Source of the DNA: Lepidodermella squamata
Lineage: Eukaryota > Animalia > Gastrotricha
NCBI GenBank assembly: GCA_047495785.1
Contig: JBLDXI010000074.1
Coordinates: 124,001-188,000 of the forward strand
Direction: 5' to 3'
DNA length: 64,000 nucleotides
The notes beneath the pieces were generated by a model. The model was not told the DNA's origin. It did not search any database and saw only the letters and a list, made by a program, of their open reading frames with translations. Below are positions 50,318-63,044 of this stretch, piece by piece (within the stretch, counting starts at the first letter, position 1; every line of letters begins with the position of its first letter). The position numbers were made by a program, and so were the translations under genes.

Positions 50318-51563
50318 ACCAGAAATTCCTGAAACAAAAAACTATGCAAATTAATTTTTTTGCCTCAATTGCGAATTTGAAACTTCGCGATTGAATCTAT
50401 TTTTCGAACAATATTTATGTCTCTATCTGTTATATACACCGCATTTTTTGTGTGTTTGTGTTACATATCATGTTCTTACTCAACTTTATCGCGAGGTTAT
50501 ATTTCTCTTTATCAAACGATACCGGTTTCATTTGATGCGCGAAGATACACGTGCCAATCTGTGCAAATTATACAAAAATAACATCAATAAAAAGGTTTGC
50601 ATTATTATTATTTTAGTTAAACAACATTTTTAGCCAGTTTTCTGCGTTGTTTTCCTCGCCTAATTGACAGTTACCTGCGTTGCTAAGAAAAAATAAACGT
50701 TTTGCTAGTCGGACAAATATTGTTACCTACTTCGATGATCAATTTTAGGCGCTTTTATCGGATTCCCTTGTTAATTGCGCGGAAATTAGCTTGGAGAATA
50801 AAATGGACTGATATTTGAATTTTTCGTAATTATTTTTTATTAAAAATCAAGAATTTTCCTGATGTTCTTATTTTGCTACCAGATATAGCTTATCGCCGAA
50901 TTTCCACCTGCAAGCGGCTGCTAATACCCCATCAGAAGGCGTTTATTATTTTGCCCGTGGCGTATAGCCTTATATTGGTAGCGGAAGAAATCAAAGACGC
51001 CGAACTACAGAAACATTTATGAACGCGGTGAATAATATAAAGTCGAGGGCGTTAGATTGTTTACTTCCGAGAGCACAGCTTCCTCTATCGATGTTTTTGT
51101 TATTTTTATTCGCATTTGCGCGGACGCATAATAAATAATCAACATAATATTTGGCCTCTCACTCGGCAAATATTTGGCGCCCAGCAGAAACACCACCAAT
51201 GCAGGCGTCAAGAGTGCCCGGAGTAATAGCCATTCAAAATCGATCGGTGAAAAGCGTAATAATGTAAACGAAAAAATATTCCGATTCGGTATTATTCAAC
51301 CATTTCGAACTCTGGGTGCAATTTCAATATTTTCGAAAATTTTCAAAAAATTTAAATTTAATTTGTGAAAATTACGAAAGATACAATTTATTTAATAAAA
51401 ATACAGTAAATATACCCAATTTTTGCAACGAAGAAGATGAACGAAATATACCCGGAAATGCTGAAATAATGAGGATTGGTTCAGCTGTCTCGCTGAGATG
51501 ACCAGTGCGTGTAAAATGATTTTAATTCCGCAACTTTGACACTTGTTCGCTCATAATTTTACC

Positions 51564-52580
51564 ATGACTCAAACACCGCAGAATAAAATATACAAAAGCC
51601 AAATAGGCCTAGTGCTATCAACGCTTTACAACACCTTTATCGTCCTACTGATGCGATATTCCCAGATCCGGAATCAGCAGCACGAAGACATCAATCGGCT
51701 TCATTTATTCTCGATTCTAGTCTCGGAAATCGTCAAATTTACCATCTACTTCATCATGCTGATACGGACAAGTGAGGCCAGTCCGTTAGAAATGATCAAA
51801 TCGGAATTGCTAACCCGGCCTAAACATGTCATTCGATTCGCTCTACCTGCTTTTTGCTACGCAGTTCAGAATAATTTAATTTTCGTCGCCGCTGAAAATT
51901 TGGATGCGACATCATTTCTAATTTCGTCCCCTCTGAAAATTTTGACAACCTCAATAATCAGTGCGGTTTTTCTGCGCCACAGTTTTACGCGAGTTCAATG
52001 GACAGCTATGACCGGTTTAATATTTTCGATAACGACCTGCCATGTGGTTAGATTTTGGCAATCACAACCGATTTTCAACGACGATTTCTTCTACGGAGCG
52101 ATTTGTCTAATCGGAGCGTGTTGGCTGTCAGCTATCGGAAATGTCTCTTTCGAAGCTATCACTTCAAAACACCAAGATTCGGCGAATAAATGGGTCCGCT
52201 ACGTCCAGTTGGGTGGAATGGCGATTCCCAGCTCGATTTTGAGTGTGATTTTAGCCTGTAAAGGCAGTTTCGAAATTTTCCTCAATCGAACTGAAATGGT
52301 TAATTTATTCCGCGGGGTTGACCACGACATTTTCTGGCTGATTGTCCTCATTCAAGCTATAGGAAATTTTATGATAATTTTAGCGAGTGATTTAGTGAAA
52401 CAAATCGCCTCAGTTGTATTTTTGGTCCTGCTTTTCGTGGCAATTGTCATAGATTCTTCATCTATAGGCTGTGCAATCGTTGGAGCAATAACTATTTTGT
52501 CAATCTCAATTTTCGGACTGAATGAACGGCAATTGTTAAATTGTCAAGTTAAATCTCTTGAAATTGTGAAAGTTAACTGA
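51564..52580 (+). CDS. Divergent SLC35A-family nucleotide-sugar transporter, intronless
   Basis: LLMRYS, SEIVKF, PAFCYAVQNNL, NLDA...LKILTT, QW motifs; multiple hydrophobic helices. Confidence 0.8.
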   Translation: MTQTPQNKIYKSQIGLVLSTLYNTFIVLLMRYSQIRNQQHEDINRLHLFSILVSEIVKFTIYFIMLIRTSEASPLEMIKSELLTRPKHVIRFALPAFCYAVQNNLIFVAAENLDATSFLISSPLKILTTSIISAVFLRHSFTRVQWTAMTGLIFSITTCHVVRFWQSQPIFNDDFFYGAICLIGACWLSAIGNVSFEAITSKHQDSANKWVRYVQLGGMAIPSSILSVILACKGSFEIFLNRTEMVNLFRGVDHDIFWLIVLIQAIGNFMIILASDLVKQIASVVFLVLLFVAIVIDSSSIGCAIVGAITILSISIFGLNERQLLNCQVKSLEIVKVN

Positions 52581-52695
52581 TTTTTTTGGTGAAGAAATAA
52601 AACAACCCGGTGTGAGCACGCGACTTGTAGCCACGCGACTAAATTTTTTCGATTATTTCATTAAATTTTCGAAGGCTCAGTTTTGGTTGAAAAAA

Positions 52696-55600
52696 ATGAG
52701 AATTTGCAATTTATTCGTAGTTTTAGTCAGCCTGCTAACGGTTGGTAATTGCTCGTTAATAGAGTCGGGATTTCACCCCCGTGATTTGCTGAGAAATCTC
52801 GTATTCAACAATCCATGCGTGACGCCGAATTTATTTATTGTCGTCGATCGATCGCGATATACCGCGTCAAACTTCGGCAAAACCATTCAGCCGCTGTTTC
52901 GTTGGGCGGCCGAAGCTGTTGGCAGTTGTAACCTTGTTAGCGGTTCCATTCTAGAAATCGGCGTGGGTGAAAATGTTAGAACTGTTACCCACGTTGAAGA
53001 TCAGCAAGCTTCGACGGTTTTTCGCACAGCTTTGCTGAATTATGTTATCGATAACAACTCTCCAAGTTCAGAATCCAGCGCTTCATTGACTACGGCCTTG
53101 GAGCAGATAACGACTCAGGTAAAAATCTTTCTAAGCAATAAATTAATTAATTAATACCCAAATAATTTATAAAGCTGAATTTTTAGGGAATTGTTTTGAT
53201 AGACTGTTGGTAATTATTGTAATTTGAATAAGCTGTTAAGCATTTTTGGCAAATTTTAGTTGGAATTTCAAAATTAATTAATTAATTATTTATTTAGTTA
53301 ATGAGCATTGATTATGTAGTTGAGAGCTCGACTTACCGTTGTAGACCGTTGTAAGTGCTGATATCTACCTACTGGCCGACGTTGAAAAATACTGTGACTG
53401 GCTTTGACGTAGAGGACCCCGCCCTAATTTCGGCCGCTTTTCAGGTTTTTCCGACTTTGCCAGCCAGGTAAATTTTCAGAAAATATTCGGCATAAGCAGA
53501 ATTAAAGAGGCGTTATTAGGCTATCGAATGCCGCTTTCCGCAAGTTCGGACGATTTTACCTTGATTTATGGCTAATTTTTTAGTCACCCAGACACCCGGC
53601 CGGAATTAGGGAGCGGGGTGCCCTAATTTCGGCCACCTCATCCAGGTACACTAATACCATAAGTTTGGTATCGTTAGATTTGTCTCAAAAAGCTGACTAT
53701 AAAAACCGCCTTTGTTGCTTCACCTGTGAGCTTTTCCTTGACGACGTGATGCCTGAAACTCAAACTTGTTATGACAGGTACAAGTTTGATAACTTGTTTT
53801 CTACCTAATAGCCTAACTGCGGTTGACTTTCTAAAATTCTGGAAAAATATCTAAAAAATCCCTTGCCTTCTGTAGAATGAGAGTATTGATTTTGTTTTCC
53901 CGAATTCAATTCCCCTATTGACTGCTAATTTTTGGAATCAAACCCTCAAAAACCCTAAAATTGGCCCTCTGGATCTCTTCACCTGGGCGGTTTTAGATAG
54001 AATACTTTATACCAAAATAAAGCTGGCGTTTAGCTGGTAATTATTGAGGTGAAAGCAGTAAATTTTAAAGAGCCAGTTTCAGGTAAATTATACCTGCAAA
54101 GTAGCGGTAACTGAGCACTCGAGAAGCGACATAAGCCCGCTCGCTCGCATTTAGAATTATTTTTTTGCGATCACGTGCTTGAAAAATCATGAAACAGATG
54201 GGCCCAACAATGCAAAATTCTTGAATTGCGTGCAAATAAATTTGCTGTACCGTAAGGCGGTCTTACTTCGGACAGGGTAACTTCGGACACTTTTGACTTT
54301 GAACTGTGATTTCTCCTTAACCCCGGTGAATATAGAGACCGTTCAAATTGCAAAAGATAGCCCTGAGTCTTGGCTTTCAAATGACACCAGATACATTGAA
54401 AACAGATAAGTTTGCGAAGAATAGTCCAACTTCTTGGCAGTCATGTCCCGCGACCCAAAATTTCTAACTTTTCACCAGGTATGTATTTTTTGCTGGAGAG
54501 AAGCGGAAAAGATAGAGCACCATCGACTTAGTAATGCTGTCATGTTCAAACCAATTTTTAACGAAAATTTTGATCAGGAAATACTTTAGAAAACAAGTTT
54601 TGTCCCGGGTAAGTTCGGACAGCTTCAAACTACGGGAAATTCAAAAAGATGTCAATTGACCTTGACATTTTTTAAACTCCATATTTTATTGAGAACAGCA
54701 CTAAGCTGCGTTGGGAGCACAATTCAATATTGAGGGTTCGAATCCCTCATCATACATTTTGGTTTTTTTTTAAGTTTTTTTTCTTAAATCTGCTCACAAA
54801 TTTTATCTCGCTTTAATGTGAACTTTGACCCCAATCTAAATATTCACATTGAGCTGTCCGAAGTTACCCCAGTTGTGTCCGAAGTTAGCCGGACCAGTTT
54901 TCCTTTAATACCTTTACGGGAAAAATTAATTTTTTTCCGGAGTTGATACTAGAATATGCAGTTTTTCAAGGCGCATCTTTTGACATAAAGCCCGTCAAAA
55001 AATTCGTGCACCTCGAAAAACTAAGCCCCAAAAACACGTTTTTGTCCGAAGTAAGACCGCCTTACGGTACAGCACTTCGTGTCCAAATTTCGGCCGGTGG
55101 CCGAAGTTAGGACGCAGCGGCCGAATTTAGGAAGTGGCCGAAATTAGGGCGGGGTCCTCTAGACGATTCGAAAATGTGAAATCTTAAACGTTAGTCGGCT
55201 GGGCTCCGGGCTTCGGGCTCATTTTTGATGGATAATGGTCATGTTATACGCCGATGTCCCTTTTTGGCAGGACAAATTACGTAACACTTTTGGATGGGAA
55301 GACAATTGTTTCTTGTGCATTTTGTTATTTTTTCATGCGTCGCTTTTTCATTCGATTATTCATGCCTAAATCATCGCCTCGCGGTATAAAATTTTGCATG
55401 GTGGCTGGCAGCTGGATCAGTTGGATCAGTTGTTGCCTCAAGTGCCGGCGATGTTGCTTCTAGCCTTAGCTAAGATTTTAAGATTTTGCTGCTATTAGCA
55501 CAATTGCTGTTAAAATTTTGCGATCGAGCCCACGGAGCAGGTGGAAATTCGAATTCGAGATTTCGATTCGCTGTGGCATTGACATTTTGGCCCAAGGTAT

Positions 55601-58600
55601 CATAATAATTTTACATAGAGAACGTAGTGTTCACTACATTCTCTATGCATCTTCATTGCTTAATTTAATAAGGTTGAGGTCCATAGGGCGTGTTCAAAAA
55701 GTCCCAGCGCTCTGGAACTCACATTCTTAATTACTTCCCTCTCTGAAACCTCTAAAAAAATGCGCGTTAATTAGTAATAGTATTTTCTTCATTTTCGGCC
55801 AAAAAAATCGAGCGGTATCATCAGAAGATGCTTCACCTTGCCTGGCAATTTCGGCGACAGGGTTCGAACTTGTCGACGTTGTCGCTGCGATCGAAATTGG
55901 AGGTTGAGCAGCGGCAGTAGTCGTCGTTATTGAAGTCGAAGCTCGAGCTACAGTTGTAGTCGCTAAAGCAGAACCTTTGCCGACCACTTGAGGCCGCTTT
56001 TCGAGCACGCTTCGCAGGTGATGCTGGGCGAAGTGACAAATCAGCCAATTGCGCGTCCACCGGTAACGCGGCATTAGGTCCAGTCCGGATGAAGTCTGGA
56101 TTAAGAGGATAAAGTCCAGGAATATTGCCGAGGTTATAATTAGAGAAATTGGGATTCTGGAACAATTCTTGAGGTGGCTGCACAGCAGGCGGGTAATAAT
56201 TCTGAGGGCAGTAGAATTCGGCCGGATTGCCAAAGTTCATCAAAGGGTTAACATGTTGCTGTTGTGGTTGTCGTAAAAAATTCGGCGGAATTTGCATACC
56301 CGGTAGAGGGTCCAATGGTCGTTGCTGCCCTGCAGTCGTTGCTGCCCATCGGTCAAGATGAGCCGGACGATTCGGAACTGGCAACCGCGGATCTGGCTGT
56401 GGATTTCTTGGCCGATTTTGGCTGGGATCCGCCGAAAACCTGTATTGCCACGGGTCCATTTCAGCAAGAATTTTGCTAGTTCAAAAGGTATTCCTATCCT
56501 AAAATGGAAAATCGAAAAATTCATCGGGGAAGTTCAGCAGGTTTTCAACAAGGCCAGAATGGTTTCAAGGGGAGGCGATCATAATGGCAAACACACTTTG
56601 GCAGACACGTTATGGCATACTCACTCTGGCTCGATTTGACTATAGCCTAAAACCACTCTAAAATTCATCAATCATTATGGCAAATCACAAAATAAAACAG
56701 GAGGTTGTCATTCTGGCACATTCTGGACCATATGGCGCCCATGGCGTTACACCCCTTTTCTCGCGAGTAGTCAGTCTATACTGATATTATGTCTATGGTT
56801 AACACCGCCTTGGAGAAATGGAAGAAACAGCCAATCAAAACAATGTTTGGCCAAACTTCGAGCAGGGCCTTCTGAGCGGCCCATTCGAAATCGGTGATGC
56901 ACGTCGTTAGAAACAGCCCGGGGTACAAAAACCGAACGGATTTGAAAGCCAGAAGGTAGATGTCGTAGTTTTTCCACGGCAACAACATGTACAGCGTCGG
57001 GAAAATAGTACCATGGGCGTGTGTATGAAGCGTGTAAAGCTGGGTGAACTGCGGCGGCGCGATTTTGAAGGTTCCATCACAGCTAGCATGACCGCGAAGC
57101 CGCATCAGTCGGTATAGCATCGACATCGTACCGAAGATGAGAAATCGGTTGTTCGCCCAACAAGAGAGCACAAGTCGCCAAGCAATCTCGGTTTTGCCAG
57201 CGTAGCGTAAATCATAGCTTTCATGATTATCGGAATGGGAGATTTCTGTGTAGTTAACATGTCTGCATTCGCTCGAATAAAACGATGGACCAAATTCACG
57301 ATTCTGTATGCCGGGAGAGAAGGCCTACAACCAATTGATTGGTTACGGCCCAAGTTTTGCGGTGTTATTATGGCGAAATGTATGTAATTCTAGATTCTAT
57401 TACCTCTTAGGTCAGCTCTCGACTGGGTGACGATGCGATGACAATCGAGGCGGTCGTGGTTTTGATCACCGAAAGCGATCCAGCCGACATTGAATCCGCG
57501 CTACTTCAAGCCTCAATCTTGCAACAAATGAGAACGCGTTTCTTTCTGGTTCAATTTTTCGAGACTCAAACTCCTACTCGGCTATCGACCATATCTTCTT
57601 ACTACGTCACTTTACCGCCGAATTTCGCCGACATTGTCTCAGCAAGTTTCGGCTTTCTTGATTCACTTTGCGCGCAGAAAATTTCGGCTCCTAAAAATGC
57701 TGGCCTGACCGGGGGCAGAAATGAGCAGGCTGATAACGAACCTCAACAGCAAGGAGAAAAGGTCGATTCTGATAAAGAACAACCAGCAAATAGCGAGACC
57801 AAGGATGCCCCGCAGGTTGCTCAGATAAACCAGCCTTCATCTTACCCAGACGTCGATGAGTCTGATAAAGTTGTCATTCAAACTAATGGCGATGTCGAAC
57901 AGAAACGCAGTGTTGTTCCGCCAAAAGCGACTGGTTTAGTGGTGAATCCACTTTGGGTCGAGCCTGCTGATGCCGGTGAAGGGGATGTTACAGCAGACAC
58001 TAAAACGACGAAGTTCCCAGGCCAGATCCTGCTTGAAGCTAGGCCGGATGCTAGTCGAGCAAAATCTGTCGCTACTGTGAAAGGTTCAGATGATCTCGAA
58101 AGCCAGAGTTCCCCTGATGCCAGAGTTCCCATCGAGCAAGCTGTTAGTGATATCCTGAACTTTGGTAACTCAGAAACTCCCAGAAAAGAAGTTCGGATCG
58201 TCCCGAATATCGACTCATCGCCTTCGGGCTCTGATCTCGTCAAACCCAAGGATTCATCGCTGCCGAAAGAAATTGAAGCCACCAAGGTTTGGAAACCTCA
58301 GGGGGCAGATCAAAGTGCTAATAAACCAGTTACTACTTGGATCGATTCAAAAGCCAAGATAGAGCCAGGTGCTGTTAGTGATGTCTTGAACTTTGGTAAC
58401 TCGGAAAGTCCTAAACAAGAAGTTCGGATCGTCCCGAATATTGACTCAGTTCCCTCCGGCTCTGACCTCTTCAAGCCTAAGGATTCATTACAACCGAAAC
58501 AAATTGAAGCTAGCCAAGTTTCGAAATCTCAGGAGGCAGGTCGAGATGCTAGTAAACCAGTTATCACCTGGATTGATTCAGAAGCCAAGGCTGAACAGGT

Positions 58601-61550
58601 TCAAAGTTCGAAAAACGCTGCTGAAAATGACGAAGCCGACGAGGAAGATGAGATTATCGGGGATCCTGATCCGCCAAGGATTCCAAAAGAGGTTCCAAGA
58701 GATCGCATCGATGCGAAAATCGAAATTCCCTCTAACCCGGCTTCAACGCAAGTCGGTACCGAAGATCGCGCTGTTAGGATTGTCCCTGATTTAGGAGATG
58801 AAGTTCGGAAAATACCGGCAAATGAACCTGTCCAGATTAATCCAGGTGTTCTAGCTGGCTCTGATTCGAACGCCCCGTCGACTGCTCGAGATTCCAGTAG
58901 TGGCCAAGAATCTCGCGATAAGAAGATTGAAAGTTTTGATGAAGACTTGCTCCCGAAATCTCAGCCGAATATCGATCCGAGACCTAACCTTGTACCCTCG
59001 AACATCCCTCAATCGATTAACATTATCAACGAAAATCTACCGAAGTTGAAGCCAATAGAAACAGCAAAGCCTGCTGAGAAGGCCGATCCTGAACCTATTG
59101 CTAAGAAACTACCCAAGGATGGTATACGAAATTCAGACGATATTCAGCGGAATAAAATCAGCCCTGTGTCTGAAAACAAACCGGTGATTTTGCCTGATGG
59201 CCATTTTATCCCAGTTAACAAGCCCAGCGAGTCGCAGGCTCAGCTTATCAATGACAAGTTTAATGAGAAGCCAGTTGATGTCAACAGGGTGGTTAATGGT
59301 CAGGGATCTCCTGTTGCTGAAAGTGAAAAGCCGGTGGAGGAGTTTAAAGCTCCCGAAATTCCGATCCCGAAACCGGATTCGGGTAATCTTCAGAATGCAA
59401 TCGAATCAACGACGAAGCAAAGCACAGTAAGCTTCGATACAGGTTAGGAATTCTGAAATAATCTTAATGATAGGCAGCTTGAAATTGCAAACCACCTTGA
59501 TTAGGAAATTATAGGAAAGACCCTTTTCCTCGCACTGAATTTATAATTTGACTTATTTCTACAGTTACCATCAGTTCACCGGAGCTGACCTCCACCGCGA
59601 CCCAGGCTTCAACAACCAAAGTTCAATGGTCTCCGAAGATCAAGGAAGCCAGCTCAAAGCTTACAACAACTTCGACATTGCCAACAACTCAACTTCCTGT
59701 AACAACCGAAAAATCCTCGATTTTGCCGGATGCGCAAACGTCCACTACAACCGCTGCAACTACGTCTACGACGAAGAAACCTGTAACTGTTACTGAAAAA
59801 ACCACTCGGCGAGGTAAATCGACTACTGCACCAGCTTCAACTACAACAACGCAATCAATCTTACCCGATCCGACATTCGACGCGAATGAGTTCTGCTTCT
59901 CATGCTTATCCCGTCGCAACCAGAAGGACCTGTACTCGAATCCGGTAGATTGTCACTCTTACTATCAGTGCTTATACAAAAGCGAAACTCAAGCCATCGC
60001 GTTCTTGAGAAGATGTCCTGAAGGAACGTTTTTCCACGAAGAAGTTCTCAGCTGTTTGCCGGAAGGTGACATTCCTTGCATGGATCCATGCCAGGACGAC
60101 ACGATCGCCTCTCAACACTGCTATGCAGCTCCCGAGGATTGCGCCAAATTTTTCACATGCTCGAATTCTGCTTCGTATGCCCAGTGCTGCCCGGATGGAA
60201 CTCGATTCAACGAAGCTATTTGCTCTTGCGTGACAGACGCAACTTGCGTGTCTGATTGCAGCATGCTTTTGGGTGGCTACAATGACGCCCCTGTTGTAGC
60301 GCCGAAAACTGATGGAGTGACTTGTACGGATGCTTACAACAACGTAATGCGACCAACGAAACGAGCTGAAATTTTCGAACTGGTCGACATGTCCAACGGG
60401 CAGGTGCCGAGGTACATTCCGATACCTTGTGCACCTGGTTCGCTGTTTGACATAAACGCTTGTCAATGTTCGATTTCGACCGATTTTCTAGATTTTCCAA
60501 CCGTCACGCCTGATGTGTTGAAGTGCAGTTTGTATCTACCGTTTGATGGCGATTACCAGGACAAGTCAACGAGTCATTTTCAGATTTACAAGTATGGTGA
60601 TGTAAATTTTCTCCGGAATGATTCGGCCGTTGGTTCGGGTGGGTCGATGCGTTTCCGAGATGGAATTTTGGAGGTTCCGGGACTCAAAACTATGGACCAT
60701 CGGGATAAAGCGTCATGGTGCCTTTTCTTCAGGTGAGACAGGTTTTCTCCAGGATAATTCACACTTCAACTTTCTTCATATAACACAGATGTGAAAATAC
60801 CGATGGAACCTTTACTTGCACGGAACCGAGCGGAATTATATCGAATAATAACAACAACGACGATAACGTTTTCAAAACATGCGATTACTCGATTATAACC
60901 GCAACTCGATCAGACGGACTGATTGAGATTAGGTTGAATTTCAAACACCCCAAGAGCCGTCAATCAGTGGTTAGTGGACCTTTCAATGCTTCGTCAACTG
61001 GCTGGGTGCAAGTCTGCACGGTGTATGACGGCACATTCATCAAGCTTTACGTCAATGGGGTGAGTATCAATTGTTTTCCACTAGTATTCCCGTTCTCCCT
61101 GAATCTTCGCGGAATTTTTTTGCACTAGGCTAACGAGTTCAAATTGCTTGGTGAATTCCTTCTGAACTTGTTTTTTTCGATAAACACCTTAATTTTTGGT
61201 GAAATTAAGCTTAATATCAGCGAACACTTGAGATGTGAAGCCATATAACAATTGCTTACATTTTTGCAGGAAGGCGTAGCCGCTTCTCCAGCAGGTGGTA
61301 CTCTTGCGATAAGGTGAGTTCCATTGCCGTTGATTTAGCAAGGCAATCATTCAAATTCACCTGGATCTCCTTTTTCAGTCATTGCCCATACGCGATTGGA
61401 GGAGATGAGCTGTATGGACAGTTTGAAGGATCAGTCGATGAAGTTCTTGTCTGTGGGCATGCGATGACATCGGACGAAATCAAAGCGCATTACGAAGGGG
61501 ATCGAAGTTATCTGGTAACGAAAGGTCTCATTCCGAATCGTATAGCCTGA
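52696..61550 (+). CDS. Large secreted Pif/BMSP-like protein: degenerate VWA, acidic/Pro-rich linker, Thr-rich region, CBM14 chitin-binding repeats, LamG/ConA-like domain
   Basis: Exons 52696-53118, 57411-59442, 59565-60732, 60789-61059, 61270-61313, 61379-61550 are phase-compatible. LFIVVDRS and AVVVLIT (VWA-like); NPVDCHSYYQC..CPEGTFF and CCPDGTRFN (CBM14); LYLPFDGD, WVQVCTVYDG..IKLYVNG, FEGSVDEV (LamG). Confidence 0.78.
53412..55159. mobile_element. Non-autonomous TIR element (Tc1/mariner/pogo-type), TA target duplication
   Basis: TA-GAGGACCCCGCCCTAATTTCGGCC ... GGCCGAAATTAGGGCGGGGTCCTC-TA. Confidence 0.85.
54250..55067. mobile_element. pogo-like MITE nested inside the previous element
   Basis: TA-CCGTAAGGCGGTCTTACTTCGGACA ... 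TGTCCGAAGTAAGACCGCCTTACGG-TA; internal GGGTAA(C/G)TTCGGACA repeats. Confidence 0.88.
55833..56459 (-). other. Pro/Gln/Asn-rich ORF of unknown function next to the MULE fragment
   Basis: 208-aa ATG ORF, antisense within the host intron; no recognisable domain. Confidence 0.3.
56776..57180 (-). mobile_element. MULE/Mutator transposase fragment
   Basis: CDGTFKIAPPQFTQLYTLH, ITDFE, GCFFHFSKAV (D, D, CxxH); truncated before the catalytic Glu. Confidence 0.88.
58140..58590 (+). repeat. Internal 231-bp (77-aa) tandem duplication in the Pif-like linker
   Basis: AVSDILNFGNSETP...WIDSKAK repeated as AVSDVLNFGNSESP...WIDSEAK. Confidence 0.9.
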
Positions 61551-61988
61551 TCATACTCTCTATGTAAATGAAAGTATTTATCGTGGGCAATTTTATGCTC
61601 ATATTTAGCTCTTATTCTGCCGCTCTATTTGTGTTTAATAAATAAAAAGAATTGGTCTCTGTTCAACTTTTAACCTCTTTGCGTTTTTGCGATGTTGGAC
61701 GAATCCTTTGTCTCTAAACGCCTAATGATTATTGAAACACATTTTGTAAGGTGGACGATTTAGGCAGCCTAATAGAGGTAAAGGATTACTCTAGAGCTTG
61801 CCAAAGAGAAATGCGTTCTTCTCCCGATCTGAAACTCCGGAGGCGAACCTAAGGCAAGCGAACGACAAACGAAGAGATGGTTTCAGAGATGACTAGCTAT
61901 AGAGTATCCCTTCAATCCTTTCTCAGAGCTGCCAAGTTTTTCTTGAAAATCTTTTTACTTTCTTCAGTAAATGTTACATCGTGCATAG

Positions 61989-63044
61989 CTAGAACATGAC
62001 AATCAGTAGGGAAATAATCAAGGCATGAATAGAAGCTAGCAACTTCGCGCTGTGATTCCTAACTTTAGGAACCCAGTTGATCTCAACTTTTCGTCCGTTA
62101 AGCGGTTGCATTTCTTTGCGATACAGATTGACGAGAGGCCGGTTGTCGACGTCCTTCATCTTGCCGTTGCGAAACTGGTTCAGCTGACTAACAGGCATTC
62201 GAATCACTCGTCGATATACCGTCCACCAAATGTTCTCCCCACAGGCTGGTCCAGTAAGAGCCCCAAAGTATCTGTAGTAGACAGCGTCCTTGTTCTCCAA
62301 AACGCCCGGTGGGATCAGATTTTTCATGTTAAGACATACATTTTCAACCCGGCTATTTGGCTCAATGAGTTGCGGCAGTAGATCAACTATTGGCTTGTAG
62401 TCAGTTTCATTCATTTGATGCGTTTCATCATCAGGAACGGCTACAAAGTGAAACATGAGGTTGCTCAATCCGTCAGGCGCTGCCAACGCCTCGTCGTAGG
62501 TCTTGTACTTCGTGTTGTAGTGGACAAAATGAACTTCCATCTGAGCTGGCCTGTAATCAACCAAATGTTCCGCGCCATATGATGTGCCATCCTCCGCGCC
62601 CCAATGGAGATGGAAATTTATCAAGACATACGTTGCGTCGTTCATATGGTTGGCTTGATAAATGCGTGGCAGGCGCGTTATGTCAGGATTCGTATTGTAA
62701 TCGATGTGGTTATATACAACAAAGTGGCCGTTGTTTGACAGATTGCCGCAGAATACTTGATCATAGCTAAGAATTTGCAGAGGGTTGTCAATCAAAGCTT
62801 GCGATGGTTCGGCTAATTCCAAGTTGAGCTCGACAGGTGACTGCTGCTTTCCTGACCCGCAAATGGGAGACGCTTCGGGCCATTTGTCCTGATCTTCAAA
62901 ATTTTTACAATGGAATTCTTTCTTTTATAGCTCAGAAACTTGCTAAAAAAACATACCGTAGTAGTTCCATACAAGTTGGCTGCTTGACAGCTTTATTGTA
63001 AGGAGAAGAACAACAACAATTTGTTGGCAATTAAGCGAAGCCAT
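61989..63044 (-). CDS. Alpha-carbonic anhydrase, secreted and probably GPI-anchored
   Basis: Exons 63044-62957 and 62893-61989; signal peptide, QSPV, NNGH, FHLHWG, AEH, MEVHFVH (three Zn His), hydrophobic C-terminal tail. Confidence 0.93.

Noticed and set aside
54695-54750. tRNA-like GGTTCGAATCC hairpin
   Set aside because: Only a T-arm-like stem inside a MITE; no cloverleaf.
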